NCBI GenBank assembly: GCA_963705305.1
Contig: OY970067.1
Location: 2,560,001 to 2,624,000 of the forward strand
Direction of reading: 5' to 3'
DNA length: 64,000 nucleotides
Source of the DNA: an uncultured Methylomirabilota bacterium
Lineage (GTDB): Bacteria > Methylomirabilota > Methylomirabilia > Methylomirabilales > 2-02-FULL-66-22
Part shown: piece after piece, positions 9,952-19,591 of the stretch
Position numbering within the stretch: position 1 is the first letter of the stretch
How the letters are laid out: the number at the start of each line of letters is the position of its first letter
The notes under the pieces: model-generated
What the model was told of the DNA's origin: nothing
Databases searched by the model: none
The model's input: the letters and a program-made list of their open reading frames with translations, nothing else
Made by a program: the position numbers and the translations under genes

Positions 9952-9999
9952 GTTACCGCTTTGAAACGTCAGCGGGGATCGGCGTTACCGATCGGTAAC
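9952..9999. promoter_or_regulatory. Twin upstream activator sites (GTTACC-N4-GGTAAC; one imperfect)
   Basis: GTTACCgcttTGAAAC (9952-9967) and GTTACCgatcGGTAAC (9984-9999), starts 32 bp apart. Confidence 0.72.
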
Positions 10000-10013
10000 G
10001 CCGGGAGGGTTCA

Positions 10014-11114
10014 TCACAAGCCGTACAGTTTGTAACAGGTGCGGCAGGGTTCGGGGGGTGCCGTTCCAGGCTCGGATGCATCCCCGGAGAGGGCCGAAAG
10101 CCCCAGGGCACGCGTCCTTGCCTCGGAGAGGCGCGCCGCGAACTGCTGCCGGAACTGCTGATAGGCGGGACTGCTCCAGATCGCCATCAGGTCCCGATCC
10201 TTGATGTTGCCGAACCGGACCCGGGGCACGCTGAGGGATCGGCCTCCGAAATACCGCGGGATCTCGCTCTGGCCGGCCAGCCCCATGTACGTGCAGGGCG
10301 AGACCCATCCGTCGCAGGATACAAAGAGGATATCCAGGGGGTCGGCCTCGCACATTGCCGCCTCGTCGGGCTCCAGCGGGTATGACCGGAATGCCAGACC
10401 GGCCCGCTCCGCCCTCCTGCCGGCGAGCTCCACGCTCTGCGAGAAGGCCTCGCAGAGCGGCGGCGGACAATTGAAAGCCTTCAGGGCATCCTGCTCGGGG
10501 GTCACAACGTAATCGAGGTTGGTTGCGTACAGCTCGTCCGCGCCGAGGGATGCGGCTAACTCCACCGCCTGGGGCAATTCTTCCATGTTGGTTCTGGTCA
10601 TGAGATAGGAGAGTTCCACCTTGGGCGCGTCCCGCCCGTGGTCGCTGCGCAGGGCCAGGAGGCGGCGGATGTTCTCGAGGATCAGCGGGAGATCAGAGCC
10701 CACCCGAAGGCTCTCGTGCGTGCGCGGCGTGGCGCCGGCGATGGAGACCGCCAAGAGATCCAAGCGCAGGTCCACAAGTCGCCTCGCCGCGTCCGGGGTC
10801 AGCCGCATGCCGTTCGTGGTGAAGCCCACCCGGCACCCGGCGTCCTTGGCCACGGCGATCATGTCGAAGAGGCGGGGGTGGAGCAGCGGCTCGCCCCACC
10901 CCTGCAGGTGGACGTGCTTCACCCGGTCGAAGGCCCGAGCGATGCGCTGGAAAGCCTCCCACGGCAGATCCATCTCCCGCCACCGGTCCGCCAGGCCGAC
11001 CCGCGGGCACATCACGCAGCGGAGGTTGCAGCGGGAAGTTACCTCGACCTGGAAGGCCTTAAGGGTCCGCCCGCCCGTGCGATGCCGGAACCACTCGACG
11101 ACGCGCTTGACCAT
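10014..11114 (-). CDS. Radical SAM protein with SPASM/twitch-like C-terminus
   Basis: CNLRCVMC, LQGWGEPLLHP, GFTTNG, C-terminal VSPC and CRTC. Probable start MVKRVV at 11114. Confidence 0.85.
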   Translation of the reverse strand: MVKRVVEWFRHRTGGRTLKAFQVEVTSRCNLRCVMCPRVGLADRWREMDLPWEAFQRIARAFDRVKHVHLQGWGEPLLHPRLFDMIAVAKDAGCRVGFTTNGMRLTPDAARRLVDLRLDLLAVSIAGATPRTHESLRVGSDLPLILENIRRLLALRSDHGRDAPKVELSYLMTRTNMEELPQAVELAASLGADELYATNLDYVVTPEQDALKAFNCPPPLCEAFSQSVELAGRRAERAGLAFRSYPLEPDEAAMCEADPLDILFVSCDGWVSPCTYMGLAGQSEIPRYFGGRSLSVPRVRFGNIKDRDLMAIWSSPAYQQFRQQFAARLSEARTRALGLSALSGDASEPGTAPPEPCRTCYKLYGL

Positions 11115-11244
11115 CCGCCACTCGTCCCTCGGCCCGCCATGCGCCCATGAAACGTGCACAGGATCGAGGGGTCTGCCGTTCGCCTTCCTGGACGTCCACG
11201 CGCGGGGGAGAAATGCTCGATCCCCTCCCGCCCCCATAGGCAAT

Positions 11245-12255
11245 TCAAGTGGCGTGCCAGTCCGGCGGGGTCTGGCGGAACCACGCGGCGGTCTCGGCCA
11301 CGCCGGTGGGGAAATCCACCGGGGGGACATATCCCAGCTCGTTCCGGATCCGGCTGATGTCCGGCTCGCTGTCCCGATACAGGGCGCACAGGCGCATCAG
11401 CGCCGCGCGCGATGGTCGAAAGTGGCCTTCGGAAGGCTCTGCCTCGGGGACGGCCATCAGGGCCAGGAGCGGCGCCACCAAGGCCTTGGGAATGCGGAGC
11501 CAGGGAACCGGCAAGTTCAGCGCCGTGGCCAGGGCCGTCAGGAACTTCCGGCAGACGACGCCGAACCCGTCGGCGACATTGTAGATCCGCCCCGTTGCCT
11601 CGGGGCGCGTCGCGGCCAGCCAGAGGGCGTACGCGACGTTGCGCGCATAGCTCAGATCCAGGGTGTTCCGGCCGTTGCCCACCATGAAGAAAAGGGGGGA
11701 TGCCAGGCGATGAATGAGGTGCGGGAGCAGCACGCGCTCGCCCGGTCCCCATCCCATGCCCGGCCGCAGGATGACCGTGGGCAGTCCGGTCTCGCGGGCG
11801 CGCTCCTCGACCAGCTCTTCGGCCTTGACCTTGCTCTCTTCGTAGGGGACGACGAACGCCGCGGCGCGCGGGGCGTCCTCGGTGAGGCCGCGGTGGTCAC
11901 GCTCGACCCCGTACACGACCGTGCTGCTCACGTACACGAATCGCTCGACGTGAGCCGCCAGACAGGCCTCGAGCACGGTGTGGGTCCCGCCGACATTGAT
12001 GTCCAGATGTCTCTCGCGGGGGGCGAACGGGGCCACGAGACCGGCCAGGTGAAAGACGGTGGCGGCGCCGGCACAGGCCTCGCGGACTGCCGTCAGATCG
12101 CGGATATCGCCCACCCGGTGTTCCACATCCGGCAGCGACACGCCGGGCGATGTGCCCGGCCGGAGGAGGACCCGGACCTCCATCCCGCGCTCGCGCAGCA
12201 TCTGCACCAGGTGCGATCCCAGAAACCCCGTTCCTCCCGTCACAAGCGCCACCAT
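11245..12255 (-). CDS. NAD-dependent epimerase/dehydratase (extended SDR)
   Basis: VTGGTGFLG, FHLAG, YEESK catalytic YxxxK. Confidence 0.9.
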   Translation of the reverse strand: MVALVTGGTGFLGSHLVQMLRERGMEVRVLLRPGTSPGVSLPDVEHRVGDIRDLTAVREACAGAATVFHLAGLVAPFAPRERHLDINVGGTHTVLEACLAAHVERFVYVSSTVVYGVERDHRGLTEDAPRAAAFVVPYEESKVKAEELVEERARETGLPTVILRPGMGWGPGERVLLPHLIHRLASPLFFMVGNGRNTLDLSYARNVAYALWLAATRPEATGRIYNVADGFGVVCRKFLTALATALNLPVPWLRIPKALVAPLLALMAVPEAEPSEGHFRPSRAALMRLCALYRDSEPDISRIRNELGYVPPVDFPTGVAETAAWFRQTPPDWHAT

Positions 12256-12321
12256 GGTCCACCTCGTGGCTTTCAGCGGCCGGCCGCCGGCAGCTAAACC
12301 TCGAACCGAAAAAACTGCTTA

Positions 12322-12469
12322 ACCGCCATGACGCCAAGGCATCGCGGTCTATAGAGTCCGGCGGTTTTGATTCGAGGGTAGTGGAACGCCCCCCAGGGGG
12401 CGTGGTGCGGTTCCAATCCTTTTGGCATGTTGCCTATTCCAGCCAGGGCATTCTTGGCGCCTTGGCGGT
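12322..12469. repeat. Intergenic element bounded by imperfect 17-bp inverted repeats (REP/MITE-like)
   Basis: ACCGCCATGACGCCAAG (12322-12338) versus CTTGGCGCCTTGGCGGT (12453-12469), 15/17 complementary. Confidence 0.5.
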
Positions 12470-12496
12470 GAGAGTTCTTCGGAATGGGGCTAAACG

Positions 12497-13840
12497 CTAG
12501 TCAAGGCCGAGCTGCTTCATCTTCTTCCAGAGTGTCTTCCGGCTGATGCCCAGGATCTCTGCCGCCTTCTGTCGCTGCCCGCCGACGCTGTGGAGGACCT
12601 CTTGAAGGTAGCGGCGCTCCGTCTCCCGGACGGCGCCTATCAGGGGCTGGGCTGCGAGGCTCCCCAGCTCCGCGGACACCGGAGCGGCCTCCGGGAAGAT
12701 ATCCTCTGCCGTGAGCACCGGGTTCTTGGTCAGCGTGACGGCGCGCTGGATGCTGGCCTCCAGCTCCCGGACGTTTCCGGGCCAGGCATAGGCGAGCAAC
12801 TGCCGGGAGGCCTCGGGAGCGATGCCATGGATGGTCTTGCCCAGCGGCCGCGCGTACTTTTCGAGAAAATGCTCTGCCAGGGGCAGGACGTCGTCTTTCC
12901 GTTCCCGCAAAGGCGGGAGCAGGATGGGGATCACCTTGAGGCGATAGAACAGATCTTCCCGCAGGCGCCCCGCCAGCACCTCGTCCTCCAGCCGCTTCCG
13001 CGTAGCCGAGAGCAGCCGGACATCCACCTTGATCGTCTGACTCCCGCCGATCCGCTCGAACTCCTTCTCCTGCAGGACCCGCAGGAGCTTGGCCTGGACG
13101 GCGGGCCCGAGATCCGCGACCTCGTCCAGGAACAGGGTGCCCCGATGGGCCAGCTCGAACCGCCCCTTCCGCTCCCGAATGGCGCCGGTGAAAGCGCCCT
13201 TCTCGTGCCCCAAGAGCTCCGCCTCGAGGAGTGTCTCCGGGATGGCGGCGCACGCCACCGACACCAGCGGGTAGGCCCGGCGCATACTGTGCTGATGGAT
13301 GGCCCGGGCGACGAGCTCTTTCCCCGTTCCCGTCTCGCCCTGGATGAGGACGGTGGCGTCACTCTTGGCCACGGTGGCGATGAGCTCGCAGATCCGCGCC
13401 ATCGCCTCGCTGACGTAGATGAGGTCGGCGAACCGCTGAACCTGTCCGGCCCCCGTCCGCTCGCGCGGAGCCCGGCCGGATTGGACCAGCAGGCCCCGCA
13501 GCAGCGTGAGCAGCTCCTCCGAAGGAAACGGCTTCAGCAGGTAATCCGTGGCTCCGGCTTTCATCGCCGCCACGGCCGACTGGATCGTGCCGAAGGCCGT
13601 CATCATAATGGCAAGGCCCTGGGGGTTCGCCGCCTTGAAGGTCTGCAGCAGCGTCAGGCCGTCCACCTTGGGGAGCTTGAGGTCAAAGAGCGCCACGTCG
13701 AAGCTCCGGGCCTGGATGAGGCGAAGGCCCTCCGCCCCATCGGAGCCGCTGGTGACCTCGAACCCTTCCTCGCCAAGGTCGTTCGCCAGTGTCAACCGGA
13801 GGATCGGCTCGTCCTCTACCAGCAGGATGGTCGGTCGCAT
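12497..13840 (-). CDS. Sigma-54-dependent response regulator (NtrC/AtoC family)
   Basis: Receiver domain, GETGTGKE, GAFTGA, WPGNVREL, C-terminal Fis HTH. Confidence 0.95.
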   Translation of the reverse strand: MRPTILLVEDEPILRLTLANDLGEEGFEVTSGSDGAEGLRLIQARSFDVALFDLKLPKVDGLTLLQTFKAANPQGLAIMMTAFGTIQSAVAAMKAGATDYLLKPFPSEELLTLLRGLLVQSGRAPRERTGAGQVQRFADLIYVSEAMARICELIATVAKSDATVLIQGETGTGKELVARAIHQHSMRRAYPLVSVACAAIPETLLEAELLGHEKGAFTGAIRERKGRFELAHRGTLFLDEVADLGPAVQAKLLRVLQEKEFERIGGSQTIKVDVRLLSATRKRLEDEVLAGRLREDLFYRLKVIPILLPPLRERKDDVLPLAEHFLEKYARPLGKTIHGIAPEASRQLLAYAWPGNVRELEASIQRAVTLTKNPVLTAEDIFPEAAPVSAELGSLAAQPLIGAVRETERRYLQEVLHSVGGQRQKAAEILGISRKTLWKKMKQLGLD

Positions 13841-13847
13841 GGCTGCC

Positions 13848-15303
13848 TCAGTCTCCGCTGGCGGGGAGGGCCACGGTCACGGTGGTCCCCCTGCCGACTT
13901 CACTGTCCACGGCAATGGAGCCCCCGTGAGCCCTGACGATTCCGTAGGTTACGGAGAGGCCCAGCCCCGTTCCCTTCCCGACCTCCTTGGTGGTGAAGAA
14001 CGGATCGAAGATGCGCGGAAGGTTGTCGGGAGGGATGCCGATGCCGGTGTCGGCGACGCGGACCTCGACGAACGGTTTGATCGCCCTCCGGCAGAGGCTG
14101 CCGTCGATTGTGAGCGTTCCCCCCTCGGGCATGGCCTCGATGGCGTTCATCAGGATGTTGAGGAAGACCTGCTCGAGCTGGTGCGGATCCGCCAAAAGAC
14201 CGGGAGCCGCCCTCTCCATGGCCAGGGAGAAGGTGATCCGCCTGGCCGTGAGCTCGTGCTCGAGGAGGGTCAGGCAGCGCTGGAGCAGGGGGGTCAATTC
14301 CACGGGGAGAAGCCGCGGCTTGGCCTCCCGGGCGAAATTCAGGAGCTGCCCGACGGTCCGGCCGATCCGGTCCAATCCCTCCCGCAGCATCTCCAGGTAT
14401 TGCACCCGCTGCGCCTCGTCCCGCGCCCCTTTCAGGAGCGTCCGCACGCAGTTCTGCATCCCGGCGATGGGGTTGTTGATCTCATGGGCGATGCCCGCGG
14501 CCATCGTGCCCAGGGACGCCAGGCCCTGGGCCCGCCGGATCTCGTCCGCATGGCGGTCTTCCAGCTGTCGTCGGGCCTCCGCCAATCGAGCCACCATGGC
14601 GTTGAGGCTCTTGGCCAGAACGTCCCAGCTCGTCCCGGCTGTCGTCGGGAACGCGGGCGGTGAGATCGCCGGCCTCCACCAGGCTCATCGTCCGTGACAG
14701 GGTATGAATCCGCTGCCCGGCCACCAGGGAGAAGAACAGCCAGATCATTCCGCCGGCGGCGATGAGTCCCGCGACGCCGATGACGATCATGTACATCCAG
14801 TGGGGATCGGCCCACAAATCCGCCGAGGGAACATACACCTGCGCATTCAAGTAGCCGAGGACCGCGGTCTTGCGCTGGTGGCAGCGGGCGCAGCTAGGAC
14901 GATTCGGGATGGGGAGGAACACTCCCACGGTTCGCTCCCGGAGGTTCCAGACCGGCTCCGAGAAGGTTGCATCCTTGGGCAATTCTTCCGGCGAAAGAAC
15001 CTGCCCCTCCTCTTCCGGCTTGCTCGCGCGGAGGATGGTGCCGTCGGCGGCCACGATCCGAATGCCGGCCAGGACCGGCTGGCGCCCGATCCGGGTGAGA
15101 ATTGCCTGGACGACGTGCGTCTCTCCGCGCTCCATCGCCCGGGCCAGCGCCCGGACTGATACCTCGGCAATCAGATCGGCCTCTTGCCTGGCCATCAGCA
15201 TCAGACGATTCACCTGGATGCTCGAGGCGAGGATGGTGTAGACGAGGATGACCAGCAGGAGGACGGCCCCGATGCCGAGGATCATCTTCATCCGCAGCGA
15301 CAT
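13848..15303 (-). CDS. Sensor histidine kinase with periplasmic CxxCH domain and HAMP; +1 frameshift near 14619, probably a sequence error
   Basis: Split across ORFs 14482..15303 and 13848..14597; removing one base restores [22 protein letters not shown]-box, N and G boxes; CARCH between two TM helices. Confidence 0.85.
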
Positions 15304-15357
15304 GCATCAATCCTCATGCAGGCCTGCCGCCTCGCCGGTCACGGGGTCGGCAGGCGA

Positions 15358-15930
15358 CTAGCGAGCGGATGGTTCCCGGGATTCAATGTGCTCCTTGATG
15401 GCCTGCAGCCATGTCTCGAGCTCTCGCTGCATCCGGAATCGCAGGGAATCCGCGCGCTCGCGTGCGATGACCTCCCACGTCCCCTGGGCCATCTCCGGGA
15501 CGACGAAATGGAGGAGCTTGATGAACCTCCAGGCGCGCTCTGCGCGGGGGGTGGCGGGGAGGCCCTCCAGCATCTCTGGGCTCGCCTCGCACTGCTCGGA
15601 CTGCTTGAGGCGACTGCCGGTCGGCGTCTGCTCCACTTCCAGCCGGACCGTGAAGAGGATGGGAAGCTCGGCTCGGCTCTCGATCAGTCGATCCGGCTCG
15701 AAATGAGTGCACCGCATGCAGTACTCGAAGATCCGGGTTCCGTGCTGCATCCGGTAGAAGGTCACGCTGCCGACGCCGAGGGGTCCCGGCGTCTCCCGTT
15801 CGATCCGGATGACCTGGACCGAGCGGTTGAGACGTGCCTTGGCCTCGGCGTCGCTGATCAGTGCAAACACCCTGGCGGGGGGCGCCCCGATATCCACGCA
15901 TGCGGCGATCCGGATCGTGATGGCGTCCAT
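15358..15930 (-). CDS. SRPBCC (polyketide cyclase/START-like) family protein
   Basis: VDIGAPPARVFALISD...FEPDRLIE pattern. Confidence 0.7.
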   Translation of the reverse strand: MDAITIRIAACVDIGAPPARVFALISDAEAKARLNRSVQVIRIERETPGPLGVGSVTFYRMQHGTRIFEYCMRCTHFEPDRLIESRAELPILFTVRLEVEQTPTGSRLKQSEQCEASPEMLEGLPATPRAERAWRFIKLLHFVVPEMAQGTWEVIARERADSLRFRMQRELETWLQAIKEHIESREPSAR

Positions 15931-16475
15931 AGCGTTCGCTCATGCTTTCAGACCTTCGGGGGATGCCACGCAACCGGAAGGCCCGCCCCTGCGCCAACCG
16001 GCGGACCCACCGCGGCCGGGGGGGTCGCCGTCCGGGCCGGGCTGTAGGCAGGCGAGACGATTCATCAGACGGGTCCCACACTGTGAGAGCGTGAAGCAGG
16101 TTCCGCGGGCCGGGCAGGTTGGAAGGGGGGCGCCGGACGAATCTCGGGTTCCGACCGGGGGCGATCTGGTTCCTTTCTGCCAGGCTGGCTGGCGGGAGCC
16201 TCATGCCATTGGCGAGAACAGCAACGGGTATGCTCCCGATCACGAGCACCTCCAGCATCAGCGTTTCTGGTTTCCGCTCGATTCCGGGAATGTGTACCCT
16301 TGGGATGGCGGTGTCAAGTGGAATGCAAAGCCTGTTCCACACCTTCCCGAATGATGATCTTTGCCTGGGCCGTTCCGCAGTCGGAGGCAGGCAGTCGGAT
16401 CAGGGGACGGGGTCGATTGCGGGGGGGATGTGCTGGGAGATACCTGGGCAGAAATACATCCGACCCATGGCGGGG

Positions 16476-16515
16476 AAAGACAAACCCGGACCGCCCCACC
16501 AGGGCGGTCCGGGTT
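16476..16515 (-). terminator. Intrinsic terminator after the malic enzyme-hemerythrin genes
   Basis: Stem AACCCGGACCGCCC/GGGCGGTCCGGGTT followed by TGTCTTT on the minus strand. Confidence 0.7.
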
Positions 16516-16535
16516 GCGTATCCGCGTCCTGCCGA

Positions 16536-17045
16536 TCAATCCACTGCGGCGGGCTCTTCCAGTTCTTTCCCGGCCTCGCGGAGCAGGAGAACGTGGGCGC
16601 CCGCCTGCTCGAGGTGGGCCCGGCCCAGGCGGGTTTCGACCAGGGTGAAGCACACCTCCTCCTCCAGGAACATGTGATGGAGGAACTCCTTCACCAGGCC
16701 GATCCCCTTTTCCCGCACCAGAGGCGCGATCTCATCGGTGATGGGGCAGCGCGTGAGGGCCTTGAACTCGGCCAGCCGGGCCTCCAGGTCGCGGTGCTCC
16801 CGCGCCAGCTCGGCAGCGACGCCGGCTCCGTCCGGGCCGGTCTCCGCCAGCGGGGCGAAGAGCCAACGCTCCTCCGACCCGAGATACTCTCGGAGCTGGA
16901 TATCGAGGTAGGTGGCCACGTTCTTGGCCACGATGGCCCACTGGGAGGTCTGCATCAACAGGGCCTTGTCCAGGGCCACCAGGGCCTTCCGGATGATGTT
17001 ATGGTCCCTCTGGATGATCTCGGTTGCGGTCACCGTGCGCTGCAT
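16536..17045 (-). CDS. Hemerythrin/HHE cation-binding domain protein
   Basis: RDH, EERWLF, REH, HMFLEEEVCF. Confidence 0.75.
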   Translation of the reverse strand: MQRTVTATEIIQRDHNIIRKALVALDKALLMQTSQWAIVAKNVATYLDIQLREYLGSEERWLFAPLAETGPDGAGVAAELAREHRDLEARLAEFKALTRCPITDEIAPLVREKGIGLVKEFLHHMFLEEEVCFTLVETRLGRAHLEQAGAHVLLLREAGKELEEPAAVD

Positions 17046-17077
17046 GCCCCCTCCTGACCCGGTCTCAGCCGGCTGCG

Positions 17078-19591
17078 TCAGGCCACCAGTCCCAGCTTTC
17101 CCTCGTAGATGAACGTCCGGGCGTTCTCGGCGATCACCTCGGGATCAACCTGCAGCCGGGCCACACCGGTCTCCATGGCGGCCGTGGCCACCGCCTTGGC
17201 GACGGCCACCGGCACGCGGAAGTCCAGCATGTAGGGCAGGATGTACTCCGGCTTCAGCTCCTTCGCGCTCACCAGGTTCGCGATGGCGTGGGCCGCCGCG
17301 ATCTTCATGGCGTCGTTGATCTCGCGGGCGCGGACATCCAGGGCGCCGCGGAAGATGCCCGGGAAGCCCAGGGAGTTGTTCACCTGGTTCTCGAAGTCCG
17401 ACCGGCCGGTGGCCACCACGGCGGCCCCGCCGGCCTTGGCCTCCTCCGGAAAGATCTCGGGGACGGGGTTCGCCATGGCGAAAATGATGGGGTCCTTCGC
17501 CATCGTCCGCACCATCTCCGGGGTCACCGCCTTGGCCACCGAGAGCCCGACGAACACGTCGGCCCCCACCAGGGCGTCGGCCAGCGCGCCGCTGCGGCGC
17601 TCCTTGTTCGTGATGCAGGCCATCTCGGCCTTGACCGGGTTCATCCCCTTGGGCCGCCCTTCGACCACGATCCCCTGGCTGTCGCACAGGATCAGGTCCT
17701 TCACGCCGACCTTCAGGAACAGCCGGGCCACGGCGATGGAGGCGGCCCCGGCCCCGTTCAGGACCACGCGGGCGTCGGCCACGCTCCGCCCGGTGATCTT
17801 CAGGGCGTTCAGGAGCGCTGCCAGCACGATGACCGCCGTCCCGTGCTGGTCGTCGTGCATGACCGGGATATCCAGCTCTTTCTTGAGCCGGTCCTCGACC
17901 GCGAAGCAGCGCGGTGCGGCAATGTCCTCCAGATTGATGCCGCCGAAGACCGGGGAGATGGCCTTGACCACCGCCACGATCTCCTCGACGTCCTGGGTGG
18001 CGATGCAGACCGGGAAGGCCTCCACGCCGCCGAAGGTCTTGAAGAGCACGGCCTTGCCCTCCATGACGGGCATGGCGGCCCGGGCGCCAATGTTGCCGAG
18101 ACCAAGGACCGCGCTCCCGTCCGAGACCACCGCCACCAGGTTCCCCTTGGCGGTGAGGTCGTAGACCTTGGCCGGGTCCTTCAGGATGGCCTCGGCGGGC
18201 AGCGTCGAGCCGGGGGGCAGGTACAGCAGGCTCAAGATGTTGGCGTCCCGGATGGGCACTTTGCTCACCACCTGGAGCTTCCCGCGGAAGCGGCGATGCA
18301 GGTCCAGGGCTTCCTCTTTTTGCGTGAGCGGCTTTCCGGCGGCTCGGGGCTCGACCGGGAAGCTGCCCTCGTAGATAAAGCGGCGCGTCCGCTCGGCAAT
18401 GCGCTCGGGGTCCATCTCTTTGCGGGCTTCTCCCGTGGCCATGGCAACCCGGGCCACCGCCGCGGCCAAGGTCGGCGCCACGCGAAAGTCGAACACCGCC
18501 GGCACGATCCGCTCGGCGGAGCATTCCGACTGGGGCACCAGCCCCGCCAGAGCGTCCGCGGCCGCCAGCAGCATCTGGGTGGTGACGTTGCGGGCCTGGA
18601 CGTCCAGCAGCCCGCGCAGCACCCCCGGGAAGACCAGCGCGATATCGAGCTGGTTCGGGTAGTCGCAGAGCGCCGTGGCCACGATCTTGGCGCCGGCCCG
18701 CTTGGCCTCAGCCGGCGAGATCTCCGGTGTGGGGACGGCGAGGGCGAAGAGGATGGGATCGGCCGCCATGCGCGACACCATCTCGGGCGTGAGAATCTGG
18801 GGGGCCGAGAGGCCGATGAAGACGTCCGCGCCTATGATCGCCTTGGCCAGCGGTCCATCCACGTTCTCCGGGTTGGTCTGGCGGGCGATCTCGGCCTTGA
18901 CCCAGTTCATATCGCTCGGCCGGTAGGTGTGGACGGCCCCCGCCCGGTCACAGACGACAATGTGGCGAGCCCCTGCCGCGAGCAGGAGTCGCACCACACC
19001 GACGCCAGCCGCACCCGCCCCGCAGACGACGATTCGCGCGTCCTCCAATCGCTTGCCCACCTGGGGCAGGGCATTCTTCAGACCGGCCAGGACCATGATG
19101 CCGGCCCCATGAGCATGATTGTGAAAGACGGGAACGTTCACGGCGCGCTGGAGGTGGTCCTCCAAGGAGAAACAGCGAGGAGAGACGATGTCCTCCAGGC
19201 AGAAGGCGCCGAAGGTCGGAGCCAGCATGGTGACGGCCTGGATCATGTCGTAGAGGGACTCGGCCTTCAGACACATGGGCAGGGCATCGATGCCGGCGAA
19301 CGTCTTGAAAATGACCGACTTTCCCTCCATGGCAGGGAGCGCGGCCTCGGGTCCGGCCTGCCCCAGGCCGAAGAGGGCCGAGCCATCGGTGATCAGCCCC
19401 ACGGTGTTGCCCCGGCAGGTGTACTCGAACGAGTTCTTGGGATCCCGGAAGATCTCCATGCAGGGCTCGGCGACTCCGGGTGTGTACACCAGACTGAGTG
19501 TGCCCCGGTCCTTGACAGGCACCTTGCTCTCCACCCCAATCAGGCCACGGTGTCGACGGCGGTACTCCAGCGCATCATTTTCTACGGTCAT
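17078..19591 (-). CDS. Tandem-duplicated NAD(P)-dependent malic enzyme (two ME units fused)
   Basis: 837 aa; two consecutive ~410-aa malic enzyme units, each with MEGK, LEDI, GAGAA and ADVFxGLS motifs. Confidence 0.92.
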   Translation of the reverse strand: MTVENDALEYRRRHRGLIGVESKVPVKDRGTLSLVYTPGVAEPCMEIFRDPKNSFEYTCRGNTVGLITDGSALFGLGQAGPEAALPAMEGKSVIFKTFAGIDALPMCLKAESLYDMIQAVTMLAPTFGAFCLEDIVSPRCFSLEDHLQRAVNVPVFHNHAHGAGIMVLAGLKNALPQVGKRLEDARIVVCGAGAAGVGVVRLLLAAGARHIVVCDRAGAVHTYRPSDMNWVKAEIARQTNPENVDGPLAKAIIGADVFIGLSAPQILTPEMVSRMAADPILFALAVPTPEISPAEAKRAGAKIVATALCDYPNQLDIALVFPGVLRGLLDVQARNVTTQMLLAAADALAGLVPQSECSAERIVPAVFDFRVAPTLAAAVARVAMATGEARKEMDPERIAERTRRFIYEGSFPVEPRAAGKPLTQKEEALDLHRRFRGKLQVVSKVPIRDANILSLLYLPPGSTLPAEAILKDPAKVYDLTAKGNLVAVVSDGSAVLGLGNIGARAAMPVMEGKAVLFKTFGGVEAFPVCIATQDVEEIVAVVKAISPVFGGINLEDIAAPRCFAVEDRLKKELDIPVMHDDQHGTAVIVLAALLNALKITGRSVADARVVLNGAGAASIAVARLFLKVGVKDLILCDSQGIVVEGRPKGMNPVKAEMACITNKERRSGALADALVGADVFVGLSVAKAVTPEMVRTMAKDPIIFAMANPVPEIFPEEAKAGGAAVVATGRSDFENQVNNSLGFPGIFRGALDVRAREINDAMKIAAAHAIANLVSAKELKPEYILPYMLDFRVPVAVAKAVATAAMETGVARLQVDPEVIAENARTFIYEGKLGLVA

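Noticed and set aside
12360..12420. tRNA-like fragment (GGTTCCAATCC)
   Set aside because: No cloverleaf or acceptor stem can be built.
14618..14624. Programmed ribosomal frameshifting or phase variation at the split genes
   Set aside because: No slippery heptamer or homopolymer/SSR tract; the same change occurs on either strand relative to the gene, which fits a DNA-level or sequencing cause.
15931..16340. Long leader or 319-aa ORF upstream of the SRPBCC gene as a riboswitch or gene
   Set aside because: A TTGACA promoter candidate exists near 16313-16318, but I could not match any known RNA motif and the ORF overlaps SRPBCC out of frame.
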